A DNA stretch of 24,218 nt, taken from a virus. Lineage: Duplodnaviria; Caudoviricetes. A program made the translations under genes and the position numbers. The notes under the pieces were generated by a model. That model was not told the origin of the DNA and searched no databases. It worked only from the letters and a program-made list of their open reading frames with translations. Of the stretch, positions 23,367 through 24,218 are shown piece by piece. The stretch spans positions 1 to 24,218 of the IMG/VR virus record IMGVR_UViG_3300035676_000046. One strand, given 5' to 3'. Within the stretch, counting starts at the first letter, position 1; each line of letters opens with the position of its first letter.

Positions 23367-24218
23367 ATGGCATACATATCACAATACGAATACTATGACA
23401 ATAATGGTAATAATCCTCAAGATGCAAATTGGGGTTCTTACCAATATGTAAGTCTGTTTGATATCGTCAACAACTTTATGTTGATGTATTCGGGCAATCA
23501 CTCATTAGTAAACAATGAGGAGCGTTATAAGATATTGTTCCACGCTAAGAGAGCTATTCAGGAACTTAACTATGATGCGTTCAAAGAGATAAAAGTATTA
23601 GAGTTAACGGTGGCAGCTTCATTACGATATGTTCTACCAAGCGACTTTGTGAATTGGGTTCGTATTTCTCTTTATGAGAATGGATACCTAAGACCATTGA
23701 GCGAAAACATTCAGACGTTATCATCAAGGGCATACCTTCAGGATAACGCAGGTAATATTTTGTTTGACCAAAACGGTAACGTATTAGAACCTCAGAACTC
23801 ACAGATTGATTACGATAGACTTTATAAGCTAAAGAAGAGTATCTACTTAAATCCCGGCAGCCAATTCTATGGCAGCTACGGATGGTATATGGATGGCAGA
23901 TGGTACTTTGATTTCAATGTAGGTCAGCGATTTGGTTTAAATACCGAGACAGCTAACTTTAATCCTACATTCAATATTGATAAGAAGGCAGGTGTTATTA
24001 ACTTCAGTTCTGATATGGCAGACAAGAGCTGCATCCTTGAGTACGTATCTGATGGTATGGAGAATGGGGATGACTCTTCCGTTTCTGTAAATAAGTTATT
24101 TGAAAAATACATCTATGCTTACATCCAATATGAGATACTAAACTCTAAATTTGGAGTGCAGGAATATATTGTTGCAAGAGCAAGAAAGGAGAAGAGTGCT
24201 CTATTAAGAAATGCTAAA
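23367..24218 (+). CDS. Putative structural (ring/adaptor) protein, 3'-truncated (not in ORF track)
   Basis: ATG 23367, open for 284 codons to the window end: MAYISQYEYY...HAKRAIQELNYD...LPSDFVNWVRIS...ILEYVSDG...ALLRNAK. Confidence 0.8.
   Translation, partial: MAYISQYEYYDNNGNNPQDANWGSYQYVSLFDIVNNFMLMYSGNHSLVNNEERYKILFHAKRAIQELNYDAFKEIKVLELTVAASLRYVLPSDFVNWVRISLYENGYLRPLSENIQTLSSRAYLQDNAGNILFDQNGNVLEPQNSQIDYDRLYKLKKSIYLNPGSQFYGSYGWYMDGRWYFDFNVGQRFGLNTETANFNPTFNIDKKAGVINFSSDMADKSCILEYVSDGMENGDDSSVSVNKLFEKYIYAYIQYEILNSKFGVQEYIVARARKEKSALLRNAK

Noticed and set aside
1-24218. Stop-codon reassignment as in some crAss-like phages
   Set aside because: Long genes are intact under code 11, and TAA, TAG and TGA all end genes at tight junctions

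Overview
A 24.2-kb fragment of a tailed dsDNA phage of a Bacteroidota host. Host evidence: TAnnTTTG promoter boxes, A-rich start contexts without Shine-Dalgarno sequences, and standard code 11. The gene set recalls, from memory only, GroEL-encoding podovirus-like flavobacterial phages such as Cellulophaga phi38:1. The left end (1-1362) is a minus-strand unit. It has a long structured leader containing a boxA-like site and a non-canonical tRNA-like fold, then a putative HTH protein and a truncated 2-TM protein. The strand switch (about 1325-1880) carries AT-rich hairpins, a 16-bp palindrome and a 19-bp-phased repeat array, suggesting an origin or packaging site. The plus strand then encodes GroEL, a small ORF and GroES. 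After a lone antisense MarR-like regulator on a palindromic bidirectional promoter come about 10 tiny charged proteins, tail-fibre/adhesin genes, a lysis module (M15 peptidase), a ferritin-like protein, a second GroES-like protein, a 2OG-Fe(II) oxygenase, TerS/TerL, portal, scaffold, major capsid and head-tail proteins. The most notable unexplained signals are the tRNA-like leader RNA, a dispersed GTGTAC-N4-GTACAC hairpin, a shared RDYPLSxTPxP peptide tag and apparent avoidance of CCAG/CTGG and GATC. All calls are by eye; no searches were run.
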